Origin: Lingula anatina
Lineage: Eukaryota > Animalia > Brachiopoda
Assembly (NCBI GenBank): GCA_051362555.1
Contig: CM120640.1
Coordinates: 68,488,788 to 68,552,787 of the forward strand
Direction: 5' to 3'
DNA: 64,000 nt
Below the pieces are notes generated by a model. It searched no databases. It was given only the letters and a program-made list of their open reading frames with translations, and was not told the DNA's origin. Position 1 is the first letter of the stretch; each line of letters starts with the position of its first letter. Shown piece by piece: positions 12,807-24,800 of the stretch. A program made the position numbers and the translations under genes.

Positions 12807-13435
12807 CTGTAAAAAAAATATATCACCACATCTAGTTGGATATTACCCAAATATATTCTTGGGCTGTAAGACATCAACAGCATTTGAATATTGCTAGTTT
12901 ACCTTTCTTGAAAAACAAAACATAACTATAAACATGCTTAAAATTACTGTTAATATTTTTAAAACTGTATAATGCAAACAAGCAGAAAGATTATATTACC
13001 TCCCTTGTTTATTCTTAGACGTTCAATATGTAACTGGATGGGTAGTCTGCATAAACTTGCTGGAATTGAGCAACAAAAATGTATTTTTGTAACAAAAGAG
13101 AAACATCTGGTGTTAAAGCGCAACACTTTCTCTAGTGGGAATAAGTTAGAAACAACAATATGCTAAAATTAAAATAGGTCATTTGTTATTTTTGATCGTA
13201 TAAAAGTATGTTTGGAAATCGAAACATTTTCTTTTGCCTCCCCCTGTAAGACTGGAACTTACTAGCAATTGCATAATTCCTAATGCCACATTTGAACCCA
13301 AACAAAACAAAATGAGATCAATGCTAACATTTACAGGCATTGCAAAGATCATTTTGAAAATTTGCTCCACTTTTTTTTCAGAAAGACACAGCATTAATTT
13401 TTCCATGTTAACAGCATACATCAAATTCCCATCAC

Positions 13436-14300
13436 TTAAAAATTCAAAACATTTTTTGAAAGGCCAAAACTCGTTTACCTTATAAGTGAAATTCTCCAGC
13501 AAACTTTGAAAAGAGCATAAACAATTACTAGGCGGACTAATTTCCTGCTGTCTTCATTAAGAAGGGCTTGTGCAACAAACATATATGTTACTCTGTTGTC
13601 TAAAGAAAACAAAACAGAAGAAAATAATAATAATAACAACTGCAGATGTTACATTACAGTATCAATGACAATTTCTACATAAAATTAAATGTTATGATTG
13701 TCATTGTAACTTGATGTAAGTGTTTAAATATTCTAATTCTTTACATTTTAATATTTCCAAATAACATCATCCACTATAATTCAATTCAATTTCACTATGG
13801 TGACTCCAGAAAAAAAATGAAAATAGTGAATTAATAACTTCTATAAGATATAAACTGCATTTTGTGCTTAAAAACAGAATGCTCAAGCATGACCACAATG
13901 CTAAACAGTACATTTTTTAACAACTGCTAAAGTTCATTGCATATAACAATGTACTCACTTTTCACTTACATCAAGTAACTTTAATTCAATCATTCCACCC
14001 ATTACAGGTGTCTGTAAAATCTATCTTTATTTCTTTGTTACAACAATCAAAAACTGTGCTGTTCTCTTTTAGTAACACTACATAAACATGACCTTTATCT
14101 TGTGCCTATGATATAAATATTCAAAACATTTTTGAAAGGACAAAAGACAGTTTACCTTGTTCAGCAAAATTTTCAAGCAAACTTTGAAAATAGCATAAAC
14201 AATTACTAGGCGGACTAATTTCCTGCTGTCCATGGACAAAAAAACATGTATGTTACTCTTTAGTCTGAAACAAAGAGAAGAAAAATATCTTAAATAACAG
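13436..14300. repeat. Diverged direct duplication of ~200 bp (13436-13640 and 14115-14300)
   Basis: Shared core gcaaactttgaaaa(g/t)agcataaacaattactaggcggactaatttcctgctgtc. Both copies carry a minus-strand donor AAG|GTAAAC. Confidence 0.8.
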
Positions 14301-14459
14301 CTGAAGCAACAATAACGAAAAACTTTCTCTACTCTGTAAAAAATCTATAACACTACTAGTAGTTTACTTACGAACTTTGCAATTATGACATTTGCATCTT
14401 TTTATCAGTTTATAGAGAGGCCTTTGGGACCATTCAGAATGAGAAGAGCTGAGTGCTAG

Positions 14460-14592
14460 CTAGGCCACGACCTAAATATGGCAGACCTAAATGAAAGGAA
14501 CACCGCTTATTCCTGTAATGGTATCTCCGCCTCTCACACACCTCCCCACATATAAGTCCCTGCAGGGGCACAGTAATTAAATCTCAGCTCAA
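14460..14592 (+). mobile_element. Relic single arm of the Harbinger-type MITE family seen at 46892-47437
   Basis: gacctaaatatggcagac..tctccgcctctcacacacctcccca..gtccctgcaggggcacagtaattaaatctc matches the left TIR of the 46.9 kb element. Confidence 0.7.
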
Positions 14593-14604
14593 TGCATTCA
14601 ACCA

Positions 14605-14842
14605 GTCATGTACATGCTCAAGTAAATTATATAGCAGGTACTTTTTTGGCATTTAGGCAGTATTACTACACCAAATAACTCTGATATTCAATGTCTTTTA
14701 TAATTAAATTTGTGTGGGGACTTTAACCAATGTCTCTGCTTCTGAAATAAATTAGTAAGCATAATCATTATTGCAGTTACACGTGTATATGCTGTACATG
14801 CCACACTCAGAGTCCGATCTTGGTCAGTGAGAAATGACAGCT
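14605..14842. repeat. Dispersed repeat with further copies at ~17315-17460 and 17940-17975 (direct) and ~17625-17790 (inverted)
   Basis: Shared aattatatagcaggtactttt..ccaaataact..ttcaatgtctttta..accaatgtctct..ctgaaataaattagt and gtccga(t/c)cttggtcagtgagaaat. Confidence 0.65.
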
Positions 14843-14879
14843 GAAATAGTTTCAAGCTTGAAGGGTTCTTTTTAAATGA

Positions 14880-15923
14880 ACATTAATTAATATCATGAGG
14901 CGAATCATATAGACAACTCTCAAGAAGAATGGAAACTACAAAAACTGATTTTATTTCTGTGTGTGTTGAGGTAGATACAATGTGTTGTTCCTGGGAGGTG
15001 ACCTTAATGGTCTCTGCTGTCAGGCTTGTTTATGTTACAAGACCACTTAAAGAATAGTAGATGTCAGTGACTTGAGGACACCAGATACTTGAACCATAAT
15101 GTTTGTCTGTATCCATAGTAACTGAATACTTCAACTTTTAGTCACTACAAACCATAACATCCCCTTCTTTCTTTAGCTAAAAAGTCAGTGTTAAAATCGA
15201 GGATTAAAACTGCCTTTGTTGAATTCCTTAAGTTTCTTACAAGTTGAGTATATTACTAGTAAGTTCATCCTGTCAGGTGCTTTGGTCACTCTTGTAGATT
15301 GTCGTAAGGAAACTGGTGTTTCTGGAACAATGTTTTGCACATGTTTTGTTTAATTGTTCTGGGATGCTACTGGATTCTCAGGGCTTGACTCTGAATCAGC
15401 AGTTGGCAAATCACTTTGCAAATGAGTGTTTTCAAAGTCAGATTTAAATTTCTCTCCTGTTGGACGGATGTGTATACAGTTACGTACATACTGATCGCCA
15501 TTGTTAGTTTTTACAACATAAGATCTGTTTGACCTAGTAGAATCCACAAATGCTGGTTCCCATTTGTGACTCTGGGGATGTCGTATTCTGACAAGCTGAC
15601 CAGGAAGTAGATCAGATAAAATTTTGGCCAACTGATCATATCTGTTCTTTTCTTTATCCTGTTTTCTCTGCATGTATGCATTTATCTCACCATCAAAAGA
15701 AGGATGTGAATTTTGGGAATTGATGGCAGGAAGATTGGTGTCATAGGCAAGAATTAAGAAGTGCTGCTGGTGATGGCATGTTGTGATCTAATGGTGTGCT
15801 TCTGAGGCATAACATGGCCATATAATGATCGGTTTTCGACTCCTTGCATTTAATCAGCACATTTTTCACAGTTTGAACTGCTCGTTCAATAAATCCATTT
15901 ACTTGTGTATAGTGAGGACTTGT
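14880..15923 (-). mobile_element. Truncated, decayed Ty3/Gypsy fragment: integrase C-terminus, PPT and 3' LTR
   Basis: TSPHYTQVNGFIERAVQTVKNVL..LCLRSTP..SPAALL, frameshift near 15745, then LLPGQLVRIR..WEPAFV..RSYVV..YVRN. PPT aaagaaagaagggga (15174-15160) is followed by TGTTATGG at 15159; AATAAA near 14950. The distal LTR end is approximate. Confidence 0.85.
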
Positions 15924-15987
15924 TTGGACATTTACAGTAGGTATAATTTGAAGTGAGAATGAAAGTGTACCGTGAACCTTTTCCTTT

Positions 15988-16290
15988 CAGGGGCGGAACC
16001 AGACCTTTAAAAATTGTACGCACAGATTTTTAAAATACCCAGCATGTACAGCAAAATGTAGACTAACGCAACAGATGAAGGACAGCGTAATCACAGCATA
16101 TGTACCACACATCGTAGCTTAATTTCCATTAATAATAAAATAATCATTTAAGTCAAAAATATTCTCGCGATTTAATAAAGTTTCAATATTTTTATTTACC
16201 CAGAATGGTATATTCATTTAAAAGGAGACTAACTTCGCATCAGCAGACCCCCCCCCCTCCCCTCTTCGAATAATGCTGGATCCTCCTCTG
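15988..16290. mobile_element. Degenerate MITE with CAGGGGCGGA..-type termini
   Basis: Begins caggggcggaaccag and ends ctggatcctcctctg after a poly-C tract. No TSD is visible. Confidence 0.45.
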
Positions 16291-18861
16291 AGTTGAACTT
16301 GCATATGGTTTCATCCAGCTTTCATGCGGGTGCATGGCTCCCAAAAACAACCAATTATATGACACAATAGAGCTCTGATACATCTAAGTTTACTTATTTG
16401 TTTGTGGAAATTGCCCATGTCACCCTATTAGTTTGGAGGGCTAAGCTGGATCAAGTCCGTGTGAAATTCTTTGAATCTTTGCAGGAAAAATTCTTCCTTT
16501 GTTTCTCTAGCTCCTTATTAAACCTGGTGTCCAGATTTTAGCTAGTGCCCCCAGGTCTACGGGAGCTGCTCTTTGAAAGTAACACACAGGTAGATTTTAC
16601 CTGAGATAAATATCACCAGCGAAAGTGCGTTCGTTACTCTCATGACTACAGGAGAGTTGTAGGCCACTTAACCCTCCAATTAAGAGGTAAAGGATGTTCC
16701 AGTTAGATGGACGATTAGGATAGGACTTGTACAGGTAACAGGCATTGTTTACCTCAGTTGAATAAAAGTATGCAAGACGGGGGGTCAGAACAATTGTGCG
16801 TATACAGAAGATTTGTACATACAGGTGACTTTAATTCGCAGAGGATTTTTGATATATATTCCGTGAAAAATACACTAAATTTATATAAAATAATATCATG
16901 GTTGGCCAAAAAAATTGTACGCACAGTGCATCCATGCGTATGCCTAGTTACGCCCATGCCTTTTCTACATGTATGCACATGCATGTACTAGTACATGTAC
17001 ATATTCCCCAGTAGCATTAAATTCATGCGTAGCACTCCTATTTACAGTTTCTGATATGTTCTGGCTGTACCAATATTATGGCATTTACTCGGGTCCAATA
17101 CAATGGAGACACTGGACTCTGATCAAGGGAGAGACAATTAAGAATAGCACTTCTGCCTTTAATTTAAGTTAATTCTGAAATGGCCGTCTTATGTATAAAT
17201 TTACTATTAGAGAGTATATAGGGTGCAGGTGCTTGTGCCAGGTCATGTACACCTATTACAAAATAAGTGTTCAATGTTACATTAATATGAAGTTAGCACG
17301 AAACTTGTGCTGAAATGTACATGACTCAGGCACAATTATATAGCAGGTACTTTTCTGGCATTTCTGCAGTATTCCCCCACCAAATAACTGTGAGATTCAA
17401 TGTCTTTTATTTATGTGGTGACTTTGACCAATGTCTCTCGTCTGAAATAAATTAGTTTGGCAATTCATTTACTAATCTTAAAATGTTTTTTACATGAAAC
17501 TTTATGCCTTCCACAAATTATGAGAGCCAAGGTTATTGCTGGGGAGAAATTCACTATAATCTCATTGCATTTGGTCAAACAACTTGACGGTTTGTTAAAA
17601 AAACTAAAAAAAAAAAGTAAATTTCCAAACTAATTTATATGAATAGCAGAGACATGGTAAGTCACCAAATAATTTAATTTTTATTAGCATTAAAAAGAGT
17701 TGCCTCAGTTTTCAGCCTTATCTGTGGTAAGGTGCTGTTAGCATGTAAGGTCGAAAACTGCGGCAAGGACGGGGGATACTGCAAAAGTAACACTTCTTCC
17801 AACTTACATATGTGTTTCAACTAGACTAAAATTTTCATTCTTTATCCGATTAAAATGGAAATATTACTCATTATATACCGTTAAACTAATAAAGTTACAG
17901 TTACATGTACATACACGTGTACACACTGTACATACCGTGCTCCAAGTCCGACCTTGGTCAGTGAGAAATAAGGGCTGGTCGGACAGGTGTACAGCTTCAT
18001 CACTAGTCAGACCAATGCTCCCTTCAACACACAAACAGCCTAATAAATAGAACAAACAGTACAAGCTTAAGCAGAGTCCAAGCTTATTGGTCAGTGATTG
18101 CGCAACCCGCCACTATTATATAACCAACTCCTGCTTCACTTGACAGCACCTGTTATAATTGTATACATGTATACAAGTGAATTCTGGGCTTTGTAAAAAT
18201 ACTTTGTACGCCAAAGAATTAGAATGTGGACTGTCATGAAGAGTGTTAGATGAATAGTATCGAATGAAAGTGTATTGCCATTTTTGCTGGCATTACTGAG
18301 GTTCAATTTGCTTGTGAAAAAAATGACAAAATAAGGGACGGATAAAATCATGTATTTTGCTTTGTATCATAAAGAATTTTTGAACTAGTGAGGCTGCAAC
18401 ATTGACATGCACTTTAACTTAACCTTGCCTTCATGAAGATGGTCCAAATCACAGACAGTGAAATTGGTGGAGAACGTGACCCGCTTACGTTTGTTTTGTA
18501 TTTGTCGTGCTAAGTACACCCCTCCCCCCATCATTCTGCGCAGTTTTAAACAACAGAGCATTTGCTTCAGACAAAAAATAACTGAATTTATGTACATCAT
18601 CCATGAACAGTGCATATCATACAGAAAAATAATATAAAAAGTAAAACATAAATTTTTCTTCTAAAATTAATAAAATGAAGATTTATGTTTAAGTATGCAT
18701 GTTTGTGATTCGTCTTTAAAACATGTTAAATGTCTTCAGTCATTTACCTTTAAAACAACAAATTATTATAATAAAACAAAAGAGTTTCATAAATGAATCT
18801 TTTCCTAAGTTCTTGTCACTTTCTTCAGATAACCAAAAAAGGCACATATGTCAGAGAAAAT

Positions 18862-19475
18862 CACCCTGAGCTTCAGAGCTGACTTGACACTAACCTTTTC
18901 GCTGTAGCCTATCTCCATCGTGTCAAGTAACCTCTGACCAGATTCGAGTGCTCCCGCCGCCCGCCAATCAAATTTAAAGCCCGCACTCAATGACTCATTG
19001 AACGATCTAGCCAATGAACGCGAACGAGTCAAAGCGCGCTTTGTTCAAATCCGGACCAATCAAAGATAAGGCTGAATATCAGGGACTTGCCGTAACCTGT
19101 GGGCAGCACGCAAAATACATCATCCCTCAGTAGATAATGATGCAGGGCATCATACTGCTCTGGTTTCAATTCCGATATACTCCATGCTTTCTTTGTGTAC
19201 GGTTATGCACTCGGAACCACTCGGAACTACTCGGATGTCTCCGCACTCGACAATAACTATGTTGTTAGTATGGAGCTTGCGGAATCAGCCGAGGATTGCC
19301 GATTGACGATCAACCAATCAGCGTTTTCACCAAACTTTGGTGAAAAATTTTGAAACATGGATTCGATTGGCTTATATAAAATAGGTCAAACTATTTTCGT
19401 CAGAGGTTACTTGACACGATGGAGATAGGCTACAGTGAATAGGTTAGTGTCAAGTCAGCTCTGAAGCTCAGGGTG
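18862..19475. mobile_element. MITE, 614 bp, ~77-bp TIRs, 8-bp TSD (hAT/P-like)
   Basis: TIR caccctgagcttcagagctgacttgacactaacct..gtaacctctgac (18862-18938) and its inverse (19399-19475). TSD gagaaaat at 18854-18861 and 19476-19483. Confidence 0.92.
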
Positions 19476-19609
19476 GAGAAAATAGACTACAAACCAATTT
19501 ATAAAATTTATGCTGATAATTATCTGTTTTAGTCTTATTCTCTGACATTTTGAAACAAAATGAACAACCCTCAAGAGAATAACATCAGTCTGGTTTTAGT
19601 TCCTCTGTG

Positions 19610-20585
19610 TTAAAAAGCAAATGGGTCTTTTTTAGGAGTTAGTTTTGGTCCAGGTCTTTGAGGAGTAGATGATGGACTCCTCCTTAAACCAGTCTCTTTC
19701 TTTTTCTCTTGACGAATGTCACTGAGAATTTTATCCAAAGAGGCTACCCTCTTTTGAGGCCTTGGAGTCTTTCCACTTCCTGGAAATTAAAAAGAGATAA
19801 ATATGTTACTATAGTAAACATCTGATCAACATTCCTCACAATGTATGTTAATAAAGAAAAAAAATAAAGCCTGTTAAGTCTTACTTATTGTTTGAGTACT
19901 ACAGGCTGTTGTAGAAAACTGCTGTTAAGACTTCGATAATATGCATCCTCCTGTATCTATGACTATATGATAGTCTATATCATACTAACCTGGAGTCCAT
20001 TTTGGTGTAACTTTTGCACCCTCTGTTTGTGTGTCATCAAAATCAAACTCTGTGGGAGCCACAGGTCTGGAAATTAAAAAAAAAGAAAGAAATGTTACTT
20101 AAATACTGGGGTAAATTTGTGTTTTGAAGCTCTTTATATAAGTAAACATTAACTTAATTCAGTTTTTTAATTAATATACTAAAATATTTATCAATAAACA
20201 CCTTCAACTGTTTAGCAATCATTATCATCTTTAATCCAGAGTTTACACGAGCAGAAAATCATAAACAAAGATAATGTTTAAACTAATTTTACTAACAATG
20301 GTGGATAAATAGATGAAAATATGCTGAAATCACTTACTCCTCTTTCGTAGGCGTTTCTTGTGGTGTATCAGGCTCCTGTGAAACATCATCAACTGCTTCC
20401 TTTTCTTTTTCTGGTGGTCTCCTTCCAGGTGAGATCCACTCAAGTTCTAAAACTTCATCTTTCACGAGCCTTTCATACAATGTTACTATATCCTCAATAG
20501 TAGGCTCCCACACCCCTTTTACTGGTCCATAGTTTTCATCATCATCACTTGCTGTGATGCACCAATCTTCTTCCTCGCTGGTCAT
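19610..20585 (-). CDS. PAGR1: PAXIP1-associated glutamate-rich protein 1
   Basis: Three exons (~20585-20338, ~20066-19990, ~19779-19610): MTSEEEDWCITASDDD..WEPTIEDIVTLYERL..LELEWISPGRRPP..PTEFDFDD..TP..QKRVASLDKILSDIR..DPFAF*. Matches the PAGR1 signature blocks. Confidence 0.85.
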
Positions 20586-20949
20586 ATTATTATCCACAAG
20601 AAAGCACTGAAGAACACAAAATTAAAAACAAAAAAATTCAAAAATGGTGCACACATAATCTTGATAGTGATCTGTTGATTGTTCTATTTGAGTTTTACTT
20701 AAAGCTGCTTCTCAAAATAGGGATGCAAATAAAATGGTTCGTTTTATTTATTAGATGAAGAAAGGTGAAAACCCTCCTTTTAACACTTCACGTGAAATAA
20801 CAACAACAGAAACATTCCATCAAAACAAATATGGTTTAGGTTCTTTAATCTTATTACAAATAATACTGCGCTGTTACAGAAACATTACAATCACAATAAG
20901 AACCACAATGAAGACTGAGGGAAGACAAGACTCGAGGAACACTAATGAA

Positions 20950-21350
20950 AGAATAAAGGATAAATTCTGTACCTTTCATTTTCTTCGGCATATGCAACGA
21001 ATGGAGATTGGCTTAAAATATTACCGGTATGTTTAAATAGATGAGTATAATCTACGAGCTTGAAATAACGAATATTAATCGTAAGTTAAGAAGTACCGCG
21101 AACCTACAGCCTTTGCCTTGTTATTCAGTAAACCACGTGAGATTTTGCGAGAGTGCTTTGATTGGGCAACAGAGGTGGAGGCAGATTCAATATTTGCTGA
21201 CAAAAACAAACGACGACTGTAGAACAACCTGGGCAAAAGCAAGCAAAATCGTATTTTCACTGTCGAGGTAGAGCATACCCAAAGTTCTAGTTTTACAGTG
21301 AAAATAGGACCAATATTTTGACGCAAACGGGCGAAAAACTTATTTTGGTA
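20950..21350. promoter_or_regulatory. Probable bidirectional promoter region for PAGR1 and KIF22
   Basis: CpG-enriched stretch between the divergent genes, with CACGTG and an ATTGG (CCAAT) motif. Both ATG exons are preceded by acceptors, implying non-coding first exons here. Confidence 0.5.
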
Positions 21351-21870
21351 AAAAAGGAATACTAGCTAGCACATCAGTGTACTGCTTCTACTACTACTAC
21401 TACTACTCCTGTAACTTGTAAGGCAGTAAATTTGTAGGGAACTACTCCAAGTACGTAACTGTCTGTGTTATAATATTTGTTAACTTATTTTTGCAAATGT
21501 GCCATTTATTAAACTGTAACTGTGTAGTAAGTATTTAGTTCTTTGTTGTGATTGCATGTAATTTGTTCCTTGTTTTTGATAATGAATATCGGTAAGAAGT
21601 TATCAGAAGAAGACTAAAGAAGTTTAAATGTGAAAGGCTGCTATGGCATTGATTTTTATAACTGGTTGCTTTACTAACACCAACAGTAATTTACTACTAG
21701 TACTGTACATATAACCATTACATAAATGATTCATTTGAATTACATAGTATGTGGGTTGTACATTTTGATATAAATGACAGTAGTTAGTTGTATATTTTAT
21801 AACGATATTTTTTAAAAACAAATATTTGATATTCTGTGATTTAATCATATCAATTTTCTTTTACAGAAGA

Positions 21871-24800
21871 ATGGAAAGAAAAGACAGTCTCATTAGTGTG
21901 GTAACCAGACTGAGGCCTGTCTTGGACAGCAGTGAGAAAGCAGAGGTTCATGTTGTCAACCAAACCACTCTTGAAATATTAAATCACAGAGATGTGAATG
22001 AAAATTTACACTATGAGTAAGTATTAAAATACAAATCAATTCCAACAAATGAGGGACATCTTTGATAGTCATAACCAGTGATAAAGTTTAGGCTAAAAAC
22101 ATGGGAGACGTGTTGTGGCGTCGAGGCAACTTTTTAGCTGTCACGGTGAAATTTGTCCAATAAGTCTTGATTATTAAAATACATAAGTGCCACAGAAAAC
22201 ATGGTGCATTATTTGGTTACGATTGCAAAAGACTGTAATGCCACAGAACTTAAGATCAGAAAAAAGTCTGGGGATGCTGTATTCTGTCTGCTTGAATTCA
22301 TTACTATTTTATACTTACTCTGTGCCCATGGTGCTCAAGCAGACTTACATGTACTTTAAGTTCAGCACTCCTGACACTCACAAAGTTGAAAGACAAGACA
22401 ATCACTGTTACATGTTTCGCTGTGTCTTCATCAGACTTTTTTTCTGGACTCATTTCTGCATAGGATTACTGGTCGGGAGTTCAGTGCTTTTGTAACTTTT
22501 GTGGAAGGATAACAATATAAAGTCGTATTCGCCCTTCTTTTCAGGTTTAGTGCTGTGTTTGGACCAGAGTCAAGTCAAGCAGATATTTTTAATCAGCATG
22601 TAAGGCCTTTGGTGCCTTATGTTTTGAATGGAGAAAACATGACGGTCTTTGCTTATGGACCCACAGGAGCCGGTAAATATCGAATTGAATATGATGTGAA
22701 ATCATAACATAATTTTTCAACATTCTGTCTGCTATAGGATCTATCTGTTTGCTCAGTTTTTACTTTTATAATAAAGCTACGACGTAAGGTATTGGACATA
22801 GATATGTTGGCTTTACTGAAGTGTTTATTTTTTTCAAGTACATTAAAATATTTTAGGTAAAACATATACTATGCTTGGAACCCCTCAAGAGCCAGGAGTT
22901 ATACCAAGAACAGTCAATGAAATATGCAGACTCACTGAGAACAGTGGGGATCAAGAGTGGCAGCATTCAGTGTTGCTGTCTTATTTTGAGATTTACAATG
23001 AAAAGGTGATCTGGAACATTGATTTGATACTAAACAGTGAAACAAATTGCAGATAACAGTAGGGTGTATTACAAAAAGAAAGAAATGATAAGGAGAAGAA
23101 AGGAGAGTGCTGTTGATGTGCTGCAAATGGAATGTGATTTTTAACAGCGTTTTATAAAGTTGAAACCACTCTTGCAGTGAAATAATTGCAACAGTTAATA
23201 TAAGTCATTATATAAATGTCAACATTTTTAGAAAGTGAAATTACTTCTGTAAATATATATATTGAATGTCCTTTAGGTTTGGGATCTTTTGGTGCCAAAG
23301 TCATGTGATCTTCCAATCAGAGAGGATAGAAAAAGGAACATATTTGTTGTAGGATTAACAGAGAAACCTGTAGAAAATTACAATGATTTCAAGAAATGGT
23401 TTGGTCCAGCGTCAAGGAAAAGGTAAATTTCATTTTTTATATTTAATAGAAAGAGCTGTTTTCACCATTCTAGTTGAAAGTTCTCAGATTTTTTATCATG
23501 AAAGAAATTTACAGAAAAATTTATGTAGGTTGAATTTTCTTCTCTTTATAGAACCACTGCTTCTACAAAACTGAATGCAACATCCAGTCGCAGTCACAGC
23601 ATTATGATGCTGAAAGTGGAGAAACAACAAATGGTGAAGCCATATAAGAGGCTTACTGGCAAACTGTTCCTCATTGATTTAGCTGGAAGTGAAAACAACA
23701 AGAAAACGGAAAATAAAGGACTCAGGTGCATATCGTGGTCCCCCTTGCTTTGGGAATTTTGATGCTATTTTTTAGTCATTTTTAAAGATTTTATTAAAGA
23801 AAATAGTTTAGCATCTGAATAAATTTTAGAGTGATGAGCTGCGCCAGAAAAGTATGCTTATCAGAAACATTAGTTTGTCATATGTCTAATTTGCAGGCTT
23901 CAGGAGAGTGGTGCTATTAACAAGAGCCTGTCAGTACTCAGCCAAGTAGTGGATGCTCTAACACATGGAAGGGTATGTTACACTTTCAAATCTTTAACAT
24001 ATTTTTTATTTGAATTTTAATTTTTACATGTTGTATAATTTATATATTTTTTGATAATTAGTTTTCCATTGTTTTACTTATTGTTAAAATATTTTACAGC
24101 CTTGTCCACCCTACAGGAGCAGCAAGCTAACCAGAATTCTGCAGGTACTTTGTTGTCAGTTGACAATGTTAGCCAAAATATTTTAAAAATCAGTTGAAAA
24201 CATCTTTGTTTGAAATCTAATAATATTGTAATGTGTATGATTGATGTAACCAATTCAAAATATAAGTAATTCACAAAATTTAAATATTTGATAAAAATAG
24301 TAATGAGTTTTTTTTTCCTGAAAACGTGGAATTCCCCCGGAACCCCAGACTGTTAGGTGTTGGGTGCCATGATAAATGTTCAGATTTTTTTTTTTTTTTT
24401 TGAAACCTAGGCTCATGTAGGTAAAATGAAAACAAAAGTATCTAAGTATCAATATTGACAGTAAGTGTAATTTATATTTGCAGGATTCTCTGGGTGGCAA
24501 TAGCCACACCCTGATGATAGTTAATATTGCCCCTGAGCTGAGAAATTACTGGGACACTTATACTACTCTGAACTTTGCCAAAAAGAGTAAAAAGATTGTA
24601 AACGAAACTTATAAGAAGGAAACTACAAGAGGTTTGTTGTAAATATTGGTTTACGGTTAGTTCAAGGCATTGTAATGATTTACTGAGTTTTGATTTAATC
24701 ATATTACACATCAGTAAAATATTTGAGATATGTGGGTAACTGTTACCATCACTTTCATTTTCACTCGGTCGCTAGTTGTGTATCTATTTTATCTACTATC

